Below, one piece after another: positions 30,532-39,706 of a stretch of 64,000 nucleotides of DNA. The stretch is taken from NCBI GenBank assembly GCA_964627255.1, contig CAZVIN010000042.1, positions 249 through 64,248 of the forward strand, written 5' to 3'. A program made the translations under genes and the position numbers. Source of the DNA: an uncultured Eubacteriales bacterium. GTDB taxonomy: Bacteria; Acidobacteriota; Aminicenantia; Aminicenantales; CALLJL01. A model generated the notes under the pieces. It saw only the letters and a list, made by a program, of their open reading frames with translations. It did not search any database and was not told where the DNA came from. Every line of letters starts with the position of its first letter. Positions within the stretch are counted from its first letter, which is position 1.

Positions 30532-31911
30532 ATGAAAGCGAAAGGTTCACCTTTCGAACCCTACCGAATAAAAATGGTGGAACCCATCGGGAAAACTACT
30601 AAGCGCGAAAGACAGGAAATTTTAAAACAAGCGGGATATAACATTTTTGCCATCCCCGCAGAAAAGGTAGCGATTGATTTATTAACAGATTCAGGAACCG
30701 GCGCCATGAGCGATGCTCAATGGGCGGCCATCATGCGGGGTGATGAATCCTATGCGGGAGCCCGAAGCTTTTATCGTTTGGAAGGGGCAGTGAGGCGAAT
30801 CTTCGGGTTCCGTCATGTCATTCCTACCCACCAGGGAAGAGCGGCAGAAAGGATTCTTTTTGAGGCCTTGGTAAAGAAGGGCGATTATGTGCCCAATAAC
30901 ATTCATTTCGATACTACCATGGCCAATATTCTGGTCCGTGGGGCTCATCCGGTGAATTTAGTTGTTGACGAAGCTTATGACCCTAGGGCGGAAATAACCT
31001 TCAAAGGAAATATGGCGCCGCAAAAATTAGAGGCATTCTTGCAACGCCACAGGAGAAGAGTGCCGTTGGTTATGCTCACTGTTACCAATAATTCGGGAGG
31101 TGGTCAACCTGTTTCCTTGGCCAATATCGGGTCGATAAGTTCAATTTGCCGTCGCTTTCAGGTGCCGCTATTTTTTGATGCCTGCCGCTTTGCTGAGAAT
31201 GCCTTTTTCATCAAAGAGAGAGAAACGGGCTATCAGAGAAAATCGATTCTCCAAATAGCCAAGGAAATGTTTTCTCTGGCGAACGGTGCTCTGGTCAGTG
31301 CCAAGAAAGACGGCTTAGCTAACATCGGCGGTTTTATCACCCTTAATGACGATGGCCTAGCGGCCCGCCTCAAGCACATCTTAATCATCGGCGAGGGCTT
31401 TCCCACTTATGGGGGCTTGGCTGGTCGAGACCTTGAGGCCATTGCCCGGGGGCTGGAAGAGGTTCTTGATGAGTCTTATCTTCGTCATCGGATCGAGCAA
31501 GTCCGTTACTTAGGAAGTCTTCTGGAGGCGGCTGGGATTCCTATTTTTAAGCCGATAGGCGGACATGCAGTTTATCTGCTGGCTGATGAATTTTTACCTC
31601 ACCTCCCGAGAGAGCAATATCCCGCTTGGGCTTTAACGGTGGCGCTTTACGAGGCGGCCGGGATTCGCGCGGTCGAGGTGGGGGGAGTGATGTTTGCTCG
31701 CAAGAAAGGCCGGGAAGAAAAAGAAGTTTTTCCGCGGTTAGAAATGGTTCGGCTGGCCATTCCGCGGCGAGTTTATACTGCTTCTCACTTAGAGTATGTG
31801 GCTGAAGCTATTATTAATTTATATAAAAAAAGAGAGTGTATTCGCGGTTTAAAAATAATGGAGGCTCAGGAACCACTGCGCCATTTTACAGCGCGTTTTG
31901 AACTCCTCTAA
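30532..31911 (+). CDS. tnaA: Tryptophanase (PLP-dependent)
   Basis: EPYRIKMVE, DLLTDSGT, GDESYAG, HQGRAAE, PLP lysine SAKKD; LRHFTARF (His as in tryptophanases; tyrosine phenol-lyases have Phe here). Confidence 0.88.
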   Translation: MKAKGSPFEPYRIKMVEPIGKTTKRERQEILKQAGYNIFAIPAEKVAIDLLTDSGTGAMSDAQWAAIMRGDESYAGARSFYRLEGAVRRIFGFRHVIPTHQGRAAERILFEALVKKGDYVPNNIHFDTTMANILVRGAHPVNLVVDEAYDPRAEITFKGNMAPQKLEAFLQRHRRRVPLVMLTVTNNSGGGQPVSLANIGSISSICRRFQVPLFFDACRFAENAFFIKERETGYQRKSILQIAKEMFSLANGALVSAKKDGLANIGGFITLNDDGLAARLKHILIIGEGFPTYGGLAGRDLEAIARGLEEVLDESYLRHRIEQVRYLGSLLEAAGIPIFKPIGGHAVYLLADEFLPHLPREQYPAWALTVALYEAAGIRAVEVGGVMFARKKGREEKEVFPRLEMVRLAIPRRVYTASHLEYVAEAIINLYKKRECIRGLKIMEAQEPLRHFTARFELL

Positions 31912-32013
31912 AATTAGGTGAGCCGATTTCAGCCCTGAAAAAAGCCTAAGCACTGCGGTAAGCTGGACCACCCTAAATTGGTCTTAATTGGGGGATGTGA
32001 ATATATAAATCGC

Positions 32014-33993
32014 CTATTTGAGATATTTATTAAACCAAGCCAGGACGCGCTTCAGGCGGTCAACCTGGTAATCGAGCCGGCTTAAGCTGTGCGATTCTTG
32101 AGGGTAAATGATTAATTCGGTTTCAATCCCCAATCTTTTTAAACTTAAGTACATTTGTTCCGATTGAGGCAACGGGCAGCGATAATCAAATTGGCCACAG
32201 AGGAAAAGAGTGGGAGTTTTAACGTTTTTAATATCTTTGATGGGTGATAAGCGGCGGTAGAGGTCAAAGTTATCCCAGGGAAGACCGAGCTCTTCCTCCC
32301 ACCAGAGATGGAGGTCGTCATTACCATAACAGCTAAAATAATCGCTGTCGCTGGCACCAGAGACTGCGACCCGAAAGCGGTTAGTGCGGGTTATGGCGTA
32401 ATTGGTGAGAATGCCGCCATAGCTCCAGCCATAGATACCGACCCTAATCGGGTCGATATAACCTTGCTTTAGCACATACTCAACTCCGGCGAGAATATCC
32501 TTCAAATCTTTATTTCCCCAATCGGCCCAGATAGCCCGGCCAAAGGGCTCACCGTAGCCGGAACTACCGCGAGGATTGGTGTAAAGAACCGTATAGCCTT
32601 CAGAAGCCAAGAGCTGAAATTCATAATTAAAAGAAGTGGAGTACTGGGAGTTAGGCCCGCCGTGGACTCTAACAATCAGGGGATATTTTTTGCCCGGCTC
32701 AAAATCAACTGGCTTCATTACCCAGCCTTCGATAACCTGTCCGTCGAAGCTGCGATAATGAATGTTTTCCGGAACGCTGAGCTTGAGCTGAGCCAGAAGG
32801 CCGTCGTTATGGGAAGTTAGTCTTTTTAAATTCTGACCATCTTCCTGGCAGAGGAATAGTTCTTCTGGAGTAAGGTTATCGGTCAAAGTAAAAGCGAGAC
32901 GAGTCCCGTCAGGCGAAAGGCATAAGCTATCCACGACTTTTTCCCCGGAAACGATTCTTTTCATATCTCCTGAGGCCAGGTCAAAGCGAACTAAATGTTG
33001 CGTGCCGCTATCTTCAAGGCAAAAGTAGATATGCTGGTTGTCGGGAGACCAAAGGATATCAGGGAGAACATTCCGGTCCAAGCTGGCGGTTAATTTGGAT
33101 GGTGACCCACCATTGGCTGGAATAGACCAAAGAAAGGAAGTTCCATAGACGGGACTTGAGGTTTGAAGGAAAGCGATAAAGCGACCGCTGGCGGAAACAG
33201 CCGGGTTAACATCGGGATTAGGGTCAGTAGTCAACTGTCTGAGTTTGCCTGTAGCTATTTCCACGGCCCAGAGATCGCTATTTCTGTTAGCGTCGGGATT
33301 AACGGTTCGGTTGGAGCTGAAGATGATTTCTTGGCCATTGGGAGTGAAGCAGATGTCTTCTTCGTCATAGGCTCCAGTCGTCAGCTTCTGAGGTGTTCCT
33401 CCTGACAGAGGGACCAGCCAGATGTGCTGTCGACGATTATCAAGATAGCCCTCGCCATCTCTTTTATGCTGAAGGCGGTTAACTACGATTACCTCTTCGT
33501 CTTTATCTTTATCTTTATCTTTATCTTTAGGGTCTTTAGCAATAAAAGCTAACTTAGCGCTATCAGGTGACCAGATGAAGCTTTCGATATCGCTGTTGAT
33601 GGCTGTCAAGGGATAAGGCTCTCCACCCTTAGTATTAAACAGCCAGATTTGACTTTTTCCATCCCGGTTGGAAAGGAAGGCTAAATAACGGCCATCGGGC
33701 GACCAGCGCGGTTGGGTGTCGGACTTTTCGTGGAAGGTTAACCTGATAGGCTCACCTTCCTCAGTCGACACCATCCAGAGGTCGGAATTACGGCTATTTT
33801 TTTCTTTGTCTTTAACCGTCACCACATAGGCAATCCAGCGACCATCAGGAGAGAAAGAAGGTTGGCTGACCTCTTTAAAGCAATAAAAATCATCGATAGT
33901 TACCTTTCTCTTTTCAGCTGGCTGGCTTTCGGCTATCGAGAATGGCGAGAGAGTAATCAGAATAAACAGAAAAAAAGCAGTCTTCTTGAGCAA
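32014..33993 (-). CDS. Secreted S9-family peptidase with N-terminal TolB-like propeller
   Basis: Probable TTG start behind AAAGGAGGG; signal peptide; WSPDG repeats; HGGP, GWSYGG, D-x-R-C-P, H in ESHS. Confidence 0.92.
   Translation of the reverse strand: MLKKTAFFLFILITLSPFSIAESQPAEKRKVTIDDFYCFKEVSQPSFSPDGRWIAYVVTVKDKEKNSRNSDLWMVSTEEGEPIRLTFHEKSDTQPRWSPDGRYLAFLSNRDGKSQIWLFNTKGGEPYPLTAINSDIESFIWSPDSAKLAFIAKDPKDKDKDKDKDEEVIVVNRLQHKRDGEGYLDNRRQHIWLVPLSGGTPQKLTTGAYDEEDICFTPNGQEIIFSSNRTVNPDANRNSDLWAVEIATGKLRQLTTDPNPDVNPAVSASGRFIAFLQTSSPVYGTSFLWSIPANGGSPSKLTASLDRNVLPDILWSPDNQHIYFCLEDSGTQHLVRFDLASGDMKRIVSGEKVVDSLCLSPDGTRLAFTLTDNLTPEELFLCQEDGQNLKRLTSHNDGLLAQLKLSVPENIHYRSFDGQVIEGWVMKPVDFEPGKKYPLIVRVHGGPNSQYSTSFNYEFQLLASEGYTVLYTNPRGSSGYGEPFGRAIWADWGNKDLKDILAGVEYVLKQGYIDPIRVGIYGWSYGGILTNYAITRTNRFRVAVSGASDSDYFSCYGNDDLHLWWEEELGLPWDNFDLYRRLSPIKDIKNVKTPTLFLCGQFDYRCPLPQSEQMYLSLKRLGIETELIIYPQESHSLSRLDYQVDRLKRVLAWFNKYLK
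33501..33530. repeat. Hexamer microsatellite (CTTTAT)x4 plus CTTTAG, encoding a KD repeat
   Basis: Seen directly; in frame within the S9 peptidase (PKDKDKDKDKDE). Confidence 0.9.
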
Positions 33994-34673
33994 TTTTCCC
34001 TCCTTTAATTTTTTGTTGGCTGGCCAAACTTTTTGCTGGCCCATCTAAATTAGCCTTTCAGTTAAGGCTGGGAGCGATTTTCTCACAGATTTTTGACTAA
34101 GGCAATCATCGGGGATTGTTTTGCTCAGCCGACTTTTCGCTGAATCATTATCTTGGAGTCACTAAATTCGATTTCCTTGTATCTTGTGTGGGTTCGGCAA
34201 TGTTGTCACCTGTTTTCAATTACAGGGCCTTCGCGTAGGCTGAAAGTTCTCTGGTCGCTTCCGCCATCCTGGCCCTGAGCTGCAAACCATTCCCGATAAA
34301 ATGGACGAGAAGCGAAAAATCTTGATTTAAGGCCGACTGTCGGAGCGTGAAGAGATAATGGCTTATTAAATGTTGGTTCTTTGCCTCAATTTAAGTGCAT
34401 TTAGGTAAGAGAAAATAAATTGAAAAAAGGGAAGAGTGGTTAAACAGAACGAATTAAGGGTCTTAGCATAAGGGATAAGCAAATAAAGCAGCTGCGCAGA
34501 AAAAGAAAATAGGGTAAATAGATGAGGCGGTACGAATTAGCAAAAGGCCCTAATTGCGAAAAATATGGTAAATAAGCAAAGAAGAACCTATTGCCGAATT
34601 AATAGATAAGATGATACAAATAAAAAAAGACGATACGAATAAGAAATTGCGTAAAGAAGTGAAACAGAAATAA

Positions 34674-35015
34674 TTAGCGAATTCGGTAAAACCACATCAG
34701 CGGCAGCCACAGCTGGTGACCATAAGGAATCCGTTTATGATTAACCAAGACCTCAGTATCCTCCCATTCATGAACCAAATTGAAAAGCTCAAAAAGGTCC
34801 TCGACCTCATCGGGAGTAAAGGTAACAGAATGTTTGGCCCATTCGCCGCTTCCCTCCACCTTATAAGTGGGGTTTCGCTGCGCCAGGTCGACGGCCTTTT
34901 CATAATCAGGGGAGGGCTTAGCGCCAAAAACAAGGGTGATGCGAAAAGATTTAGCTTTAGTACTTGGATAAAGGATGTCAGCTAATTTTTCGTCTTGGGC
35001 TTTGTCCTCGCTCAT
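34674..35015 (-). CDS. Hypothetical protein, 113 aa
   Basis: Protein-like composition, no competing gene, its own promoter-like element upstream. Confidence 0.7.
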   Translation of the reverse strand: MSEDKAQDEKLADILYPSTKAKSFRITLVFGAKPSPDYEKAVDLAQRNPTYKVEGSGEWAKHSVTFTPDEVEDLFELFNLVHEWEDTEVLVNHKRIPYGHQLWLPLMWFYRIR

Positions 35016-35058
35016 TTTAACCAGCCTGAGACCAAACCATCATTTGATTAGCTTTTTC

Positions 35059-35087
35059 ATTTTACGGCAAGCTATAATTAGAAGCAA
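35059..35087 (-). promoter_or_regulatory. Putative sigma70 promoter for the 113-aa gene
   Basis: Minus strand TTGCTT-17 nt-TAAAAT. Confidence 0.55.
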
Positions 35088-35146
35088 GTCGTTCGAATTA
35101 AATAAGCGGAATTAAACTGAATGAGGGTCTAAGGGCAAAAAATGGC

Positions 35147-36190
35147 TTAAAGGATGAGCATGCAGTCGCCGTAGCTGAAAAAGCGGTATTTTTCTTTTAC
35201 GGCGACTTCATAAGCTTCTAAGGTCAGTTCACGTCCGGCAAAGGCACAGACCAACATCAGAAGAGTAGAACGGGGCAGGTGAAAGTTAGTAAGTAGACGG
35301 TCAACTACCTTGAACTCATAACCCGGATAAATGAAAAGATTGGTTGTCCCTGGGCCAGGCTTAATTCTGGCCAATTTTGCTGCCTTCTTGACTGCACTTT
35401 CCAAAGTGCGGACGACAGTGGTTCCAGCTGCTAGGACTGGCCGGCTTTCCTTTTTAGCCTGGTTAATCTTAGCGGCGGCTTGGGGGCTAATGGCATAAGT
35501 CTCATCTAACATCTTATGCTCCTCAACCTCTTCCACCCTTACCGGCTGAAATGTAGCCAGGCCAACATGGAGGGTTACTTTAGTAAGGAGAATTTCTTTT
35601 TCTTTTAATTTCTGGAGAAGACGGCGCGTGAAGTGAAGGCCTGCTGTCGGCGCGGCAATTGAACCCGGTTGACGAGCAAAAACGGTCTGATAGCGAGTGA
35701 TGTCCAGTTGCCTCAAGATTTCATCATTTTTGGGTCGTTTAATATACGGTGGAAGCGGCGGATAGCCCACTTGACGAAGCCAGCTCAGCACGTTATCAGT
35801 CGGAAATTCAAGTTCGCGGCGGCCCTCCCAACCACGGCTTACGGCTATTGCTTCTAGACCACCAGGGAAGATTACGGTGGACCCCGGGACTATTTTCCGA
35901 GCTGGTCGGCAAAGGACCTCCCAGCGCCGCGGGGATACTTCGCGGATAAAAAGGAAATCGAGCGCCCGGCCGCCAACCTTTCCCCAAACTCTGGCGGGGA
36001 TAACTCGAGAATCATTCAGGACGACCACATCGCCCGCGTCCAAAAATTCAGGGAGGTCGAGAAACCGAGCATGAATAATCTCCTTGGTTTGACGCCGGAT
36101 GACCATCATCCGGCTGGCGTCGCGACGGGCGAGGGGCCTTTGGGCAATTAGTTCTGGAGGTAAATGATAATCGAAAGCTGAAACCAACAT
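35147..36190 (-). CDS. queA: S-adenosylmethionine:tRNA ribosyltransferase-isomerase
   Basis: FDYHLPPELIAQRP, NDSRVIPAR, PPYIKR, YQTVFA, AAPTAGLHFT, TNFHLPRSTL, YRFFSYGD. Confidence 0.98.
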   Translation of the reverse strand: MLVSAFDYHLPPELIAQRPLARRDASRMMVIRRQTKEIIHARFLDLPEFLDAGDVVVLNDSRVIPARVWGKVGGRALDFLFIREVSPRRWEVLCRPARKIVPGSTVIFPGGLEAIAVSRGWEGRRELEFPTDNVLSWLRQVGYPPLPPYIKRPKNDEILRQLDITRYQTVFARQPGSIAAPTAGLHFTRRLLQKLKEKEILLTKVTLHVGLATFQPVRVEEVEEHKMLDETYAISPQAAAKINQAKKESRPVLAAGTTVVRTLESAVKKAAKLARIKPGPGTTNLFIYPGYEFKVVDRLLTNFHLPRSTLLMLVCAFAGRELTLEAYEVAVKEKYRFFSYGDCMLIL

Positions 36191-36504
36191 AATTTTAATA
36201 AACTATGCCCTGTATTTGATTAAATTCGCCTTTTTTCTTTATCGCTTTCCGTGGTTTCTTTCTGTTTTGTTCGGGGGCTGAAGAAGAAGACCGAGAAGGC
36301 GGAGAAGACCATTGAAGTTTTGGCTTTCCCGAATCGTCCCTTAAAGAAATCCTTGGACGCATCAAAGCCTGACCTGCCCAAGACGGGGAAAAACCATTTT
36401 CATTTAATTAATCGCTTGCCTATTCGATTAAATTAACTAACGATTCTACTATCCAGTATCTCAGCCCACGATTCAGCAGTGCCTTATTTTCGTCTGCTTA
36501 GTAT

Positions 36505-37569
36505 TTACTCGTGGAACAGCTTTTTCTGTTGGGAACCTGCTTTGGGAGCGTTATAGCCCAGGTGTTCTAAGGCCCGAGGAGTGACCCGGCGACCGCGCAG
36601 GGTTCTTTCCAAAAACCCGACCCGCATCAAGAAGGGTTCATAGATCGATTCGATGGTATCCTTTTCTTCATCGATAGCTGCGGCCAAAGTGGCAATTCCC
36701 ACTGGACCTCCCCCAAAATTTTCGATAATTGTCTGCAGAATCTTGCGGTCAACTTCGTCGAGGCCGACGGAATCCACCTCCATCAATTCCAGGGCTTCGT
36801 GGGCTTCTTTGCGCGTGATAACTCCGTCGGCTTTAACGTCAGCATAATCGCGAACGCGACGCAGCAGGCGGTTAGCCACCCGGGGAGTTCCACGAGAGCG
36901 AAGGGCGATTTCGCCGGCAGCATCGTCGTCGATTCGGACGTTTAGCAGGCTGGCTGACCGTTTAATTATTTTTTCAATTTCCTCATCCTTATAATAGTCG
37001 AGGCGGTGAATTATTCCGAATCGACCGCGAAGCGGCGCAGTAATCCGGCCAGCTCTGGTGGTGGCTCCGATTAGAGTAAATTTCTTGAGCTGGAGCTTAT
37101 GACTGCGGGCAGCTGGCCCTTGACCGATGATGATGTCGAGGGTGTAATCTTCCATGGCTGAATATAAGAGCTCTTCAACCGAGGGATGAAGCCGGTGAAT
37201 TTCGTCGATGAACAAGATTTCTTTGCGCTGGAGATTAGTGAGGATAGCCGACAGGTCTCCCGGCCGTTCGATTACCGGACCAGAAGTCGGTTTAATAGAA
37301 ACCCCCATCTCCTTGGCGATGAGCCAGGCCAGCGAGGTTTTTCCCAGTCCCGGAGGTCCATAAAGGAGCACATGGTCGAGGGAATCGTCGCGGCGGCGGG
37401 CAGCTTCGATAAAAATATGCAGGTTTTCTTTGACAGTTTCTTGGCCGATAAATTCGTCAAAGGTGCGCGGCCTGAGGCTTTCTTCGAAGAGAACATCTTC
37501 TTTGCTTCTTATCGGCGAAAGAAGCGTGGTCTTTTTTTGGTTCAAACTTTGGCCATTCGACGTAGACAT
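36505..37569 (-). CDS. ruvB: Holliday junction helicase RuvB
   Basis: [40 protein letters not shown]. Confidence 0.99.
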   Translation of the reverse strand: MSTSNGQSLNQKKTTLLSPIRSKEDVLFEESLRPRTFDEFIGQETVKENLHIFIEAARRRDDSLDHVLLYGPPGLGKTSLAWLIAKEMGVSIKPTSGPVIERPGDLSAILTNLQRKEILFIDEIHRLHPSVEELLYSAMEDYTLDIIIGQGPAARSHKLQLKKFTLIGATTRAGRITAPLRGRFGIIHRLDYYKDEEIEKIIKRSASLLNVRIDDDAAGEIALRSRGTPRVANRLLRRVRDYADVKADGVITRKEAHEALELMEVDSVGLDEVDRKILQTIIENFGGGPVGIATLAAAIDEEKDTIESIYEPFLMRVGFLERTLRGRRVTPRALEHLGYNAPKAGSQQKKLFHE

Positions 37570-38129
37570 TCTCTTAGCAGTTTCTCAAACCCTGCCTCTG
37601 GAGTCAAGCGCCGCAAAGCCTCCTCCACTGTCCCTTCTACCTCCCGGCGACGAAAACCAAGATTGAGCAGGGCTGAGATTAGGTCTTCTCGCTCCTGAGC
37701 ACCACGGCCAGATAATAGCTTTTCCTTCTTTTCTAATTTCTCCTGCATTTCCATGGCTATCCGGAGAGCTGTCTTTTTGCCTATCCCCGGAATGCGAGCG
37801 ATGCGGGCCACGTTGCTTTCTTGAACGGCTTCTTTTAGTTCGGCTGGCTCCATCCCAGAAAGGACGTTTAAGGCGAGCTTGGGTCCAATCCCGGAAATGG
37901 AGATGAGCTTCAGAAAGAGTTCTCTTTCTTCCTCAGTGGAAAATCCATAAAGGGCTAAGGCGCTATCGCTAAGATGGGTATAAACATAAAGCTCGACAGG
38001 TTCATTTTCTTCACCCAATTTAAAAAAAGTTGAAAGCGGGATGAAGGCACAATAGCCGACACCGTTGACGTCGATTACGATTTGATTCGGTGCTTTCTGA
38101 ATCAAACGGCCTTTAAGATAGGCGATCAT
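37542..38129 (-). CDS. ruvA: Holliday junction protein RuvA
   Basis: DVNGVGY, LYGF, HhH SGIGPK and PGIGKKTA. Confidence 0.98.
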   Translation of the reverse strand: MIAYLKGRLIQKAPNQIVIDVNGVGYCAFIPLSTFFKLGEENEPVELYVYTHLSDSALALYGFSTEEERELFLKLISISGIGPKLALNVLSGMEPAELKEAVQESNVARIARIPGIGKKTALRIAMEMQEKLEKKEKLLSGRGAQEREDLISALLNLGFRRREVEGTVEEALRRLTPEAGFEKLLRECLRRMAKV

Positions 38130-38632
38130 CGACTTGTTTTTGCCTCAGACAAGTTAACATGGGTTTGGCGGTGGTTAAGATGACAAAAGGCAGTCGCTAA
38201 GGCATCGGAAGCGTCTGGCTCCAGGTTAATATCCTGAAGATGGAGAAGAGCCTTAACCATTGTCATAACTTGGTTTTTTTCAGCCTGACCGTAGCCAGTG
38301 ACGGCTTTTTTTATTTCCCGGGGTGAATATTCATAGAGACGGCAGCCATGGGCGGCGACGGCTACTAAAACCGCCCCTCTTACCTGTCCCAGGGTGATGG
38401 CTGTTCGGATGTTGCGTGCGTAAAAAGGGTTTTCAATTGCTGCTTCCTCGGGACAATAGCGGCTCAAAAGAAGGTCGATTTGGCCGCGAATTTCGTTCAA
38501 TTTCTCGGGCAAGCTGAGATAGGGTTTAGGCCGGATGACTCCAAACCCCAGAACGGCATAGCCTCCTTCTTTGTCTTCAAGGACGCCAAAGCCGGTAGCC
38601 TGGCTGCTGGGGTCAATCCCAAGAACCCTCAT
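38126..38632 (-). CDS. ruvC: Crossover junction endodeoxyribonuclease RuvC
   Basis: LGIDP, AIENPF, KKAVTGYG.AEK, DASDALA. Confidence 0.97.
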   Translation of the reverse strand: MRVLGIDPSSQATGFGVLEDKEGGYAVLGFGVIRPKPYLSLPEKLNEIRGQIDLLLSRYCPEEAAIENPFYARNIRTAITLGQVRGAVLVAVAAHGCRLYEYSPREIKKAVTGYGQAEKNQVMTMVKALLHLQDINLEPDASDALATAFCHLNHRQTHVNLSEAKTSR

Positions 38633-38643
38633 CGAGTTCGTGC

Positions 38644-39393
38644 TCAGTTAGAAAAACTGGCGATTTCTTCTTCCGAAATATCAAAATTGGCCCAGACGTG
38701 CTGCACGTCATCATGGTCCTCAAGCTCCTCCATCAGCCTCAAAAGCTGCTGGGCTTGCTTGCCTTCAACTTTAACATAGTTCTGAGGGATATAGCCAACG
38801 TTGGAGGTCGCCACTTCAATATTATGTTGCTTGAGGGCTTCCAGGACAGAGTCATAATTCTCGGGCGGGGTAATTATTTCCCAGTTAGAGCCGTCGTCGC
38901 GGATATCTTCCGCTCCGGTGCCAAGAGCTATATCCAGAAGTTGCTCTTCAGAGGCGCGGGCCTTTTCGACCACGATGTAACCTTTCCTTTTAAACATCCA
39001 GGCCACGCAGCCCGATTCGCCGATGCGGCCACCATTTTTGGAAAAGATATGCCGGAGTTCAGAAACCGTTCGGTTTTTGTTGTCTGACATGGCCTCGACA
39101 AAAATAGCTACTCCCCCTGGCCCATAACCTTCGTAGTTAATTTCTTCGAAGGAAGAGCCTTCTAACTGGCCTGTGCCCTTCATAATGGCCCGCTTGATGT
39201 TGTCAGAAGGCATATTGACTGCTTTAGCCTCAGAAATAGCCTTGCGCAACCGCGGGTTTTTCTCCGGGTCAGGTCCACCCAGCCGAGCGGCAATACTAAT
39301 TTCGCGGATAATTTTAGTAAAGATTTTTCCTCTTTTGGCGTCCTGAGCCGCCTTTTTATGTTTAATAGAATGCCATTTTGAATGTCCGGACAT
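38644..39393 (-). CDS. yebC: YebC/PmpR family protein
   Basis: [46 protein letters not shown]. Confidence 0.97.
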   Translation of the reverse strand: MSGHSKWHSIKHKKAAQDAKRGKIFTKIIREISIAARLGGPDPEKNPRLRKAISEAKAVNMPSDNIKRAIMKGTGQLEGSSFEEINYEGYGPGGVAIFVEAMSDNKNRTVSELRHIFSKNGGRIGESGCVAWMFKRKGYIVVEKARASEEQLLDIALGTGAEDIRDDGSNWEIITPPENYDSVLEALKQHNIEVATSNVGYIPQNYVKVEGKQAQQLLRLMEELEDHDDVQHVWANFDISEEEIASFSN

Positions 39394-39425
39394 CTTATCT
39401 CCTTCTGGAGGGAATTACGTTATAA

Positions 39426-39454
39426 ATAATAACATAACCGTTTTCAGCTTGTAA
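39426..39454 (-). promoter_or_regulatory. Putative promoter for yebC-ruvCAB-queA
   Basis: Minus strand TTACAA-17 nt-TATTAT with a TG extension before the -10. Confidence 0.4.
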
Positions 39455-39534
39455 ATATCCCCTGAGGAGGAGGGCGTGGGTTGCACTTAGCGTCCTATTT
39501 TTTCCCTGGGTTTTCAGGTATTCCCTGAGGAGGA
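39454..39534. repeat. Direct repeat with core CCCTGAGGAGGA, two copies 63 bp apart
   Basis: AATATCCCCTGAGGAGGA (39454-39471) and GGTATTCCCTGAGGAGGA (39517-39534). Confidence 0.75.
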
Positions 39535-39706
39535 CCGCCTTGGTCTTTTCTCTATCCTTAGCCGTAAAAAAGAGAGTAACATTCTGGCGGGAGGCCTTAG
39601 CTAACAAGTCGTGGACTAAAGCTAATTTTTAATTTATTATTTTTGCTCTAAGATAAAGGAATAAATAAAAGGGAACTTAATTAGAGAACGGGAAAATAAA
39701 GAATCG

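Noticed and set aside
34220-34390. 56-codon minus-strand frame ending ...RARMAEATRELSAYAKAL*
   Set aside because: No standard start codon or SD, bounded by an upstream stop, no recognisable family; could be a gene remnant but is unsupported
36191-36504. Small gene between ruvB and queA
   Set aside because: Only short low-complexity frames without an SD on either strand
39395-39607. 70-aa ORF upstream of yebC
   Set aside because: It spans the predicted promoter, lacks a clear SD and has no motif; its internal LLR.YL repeat is explained by the DNA direct repeat
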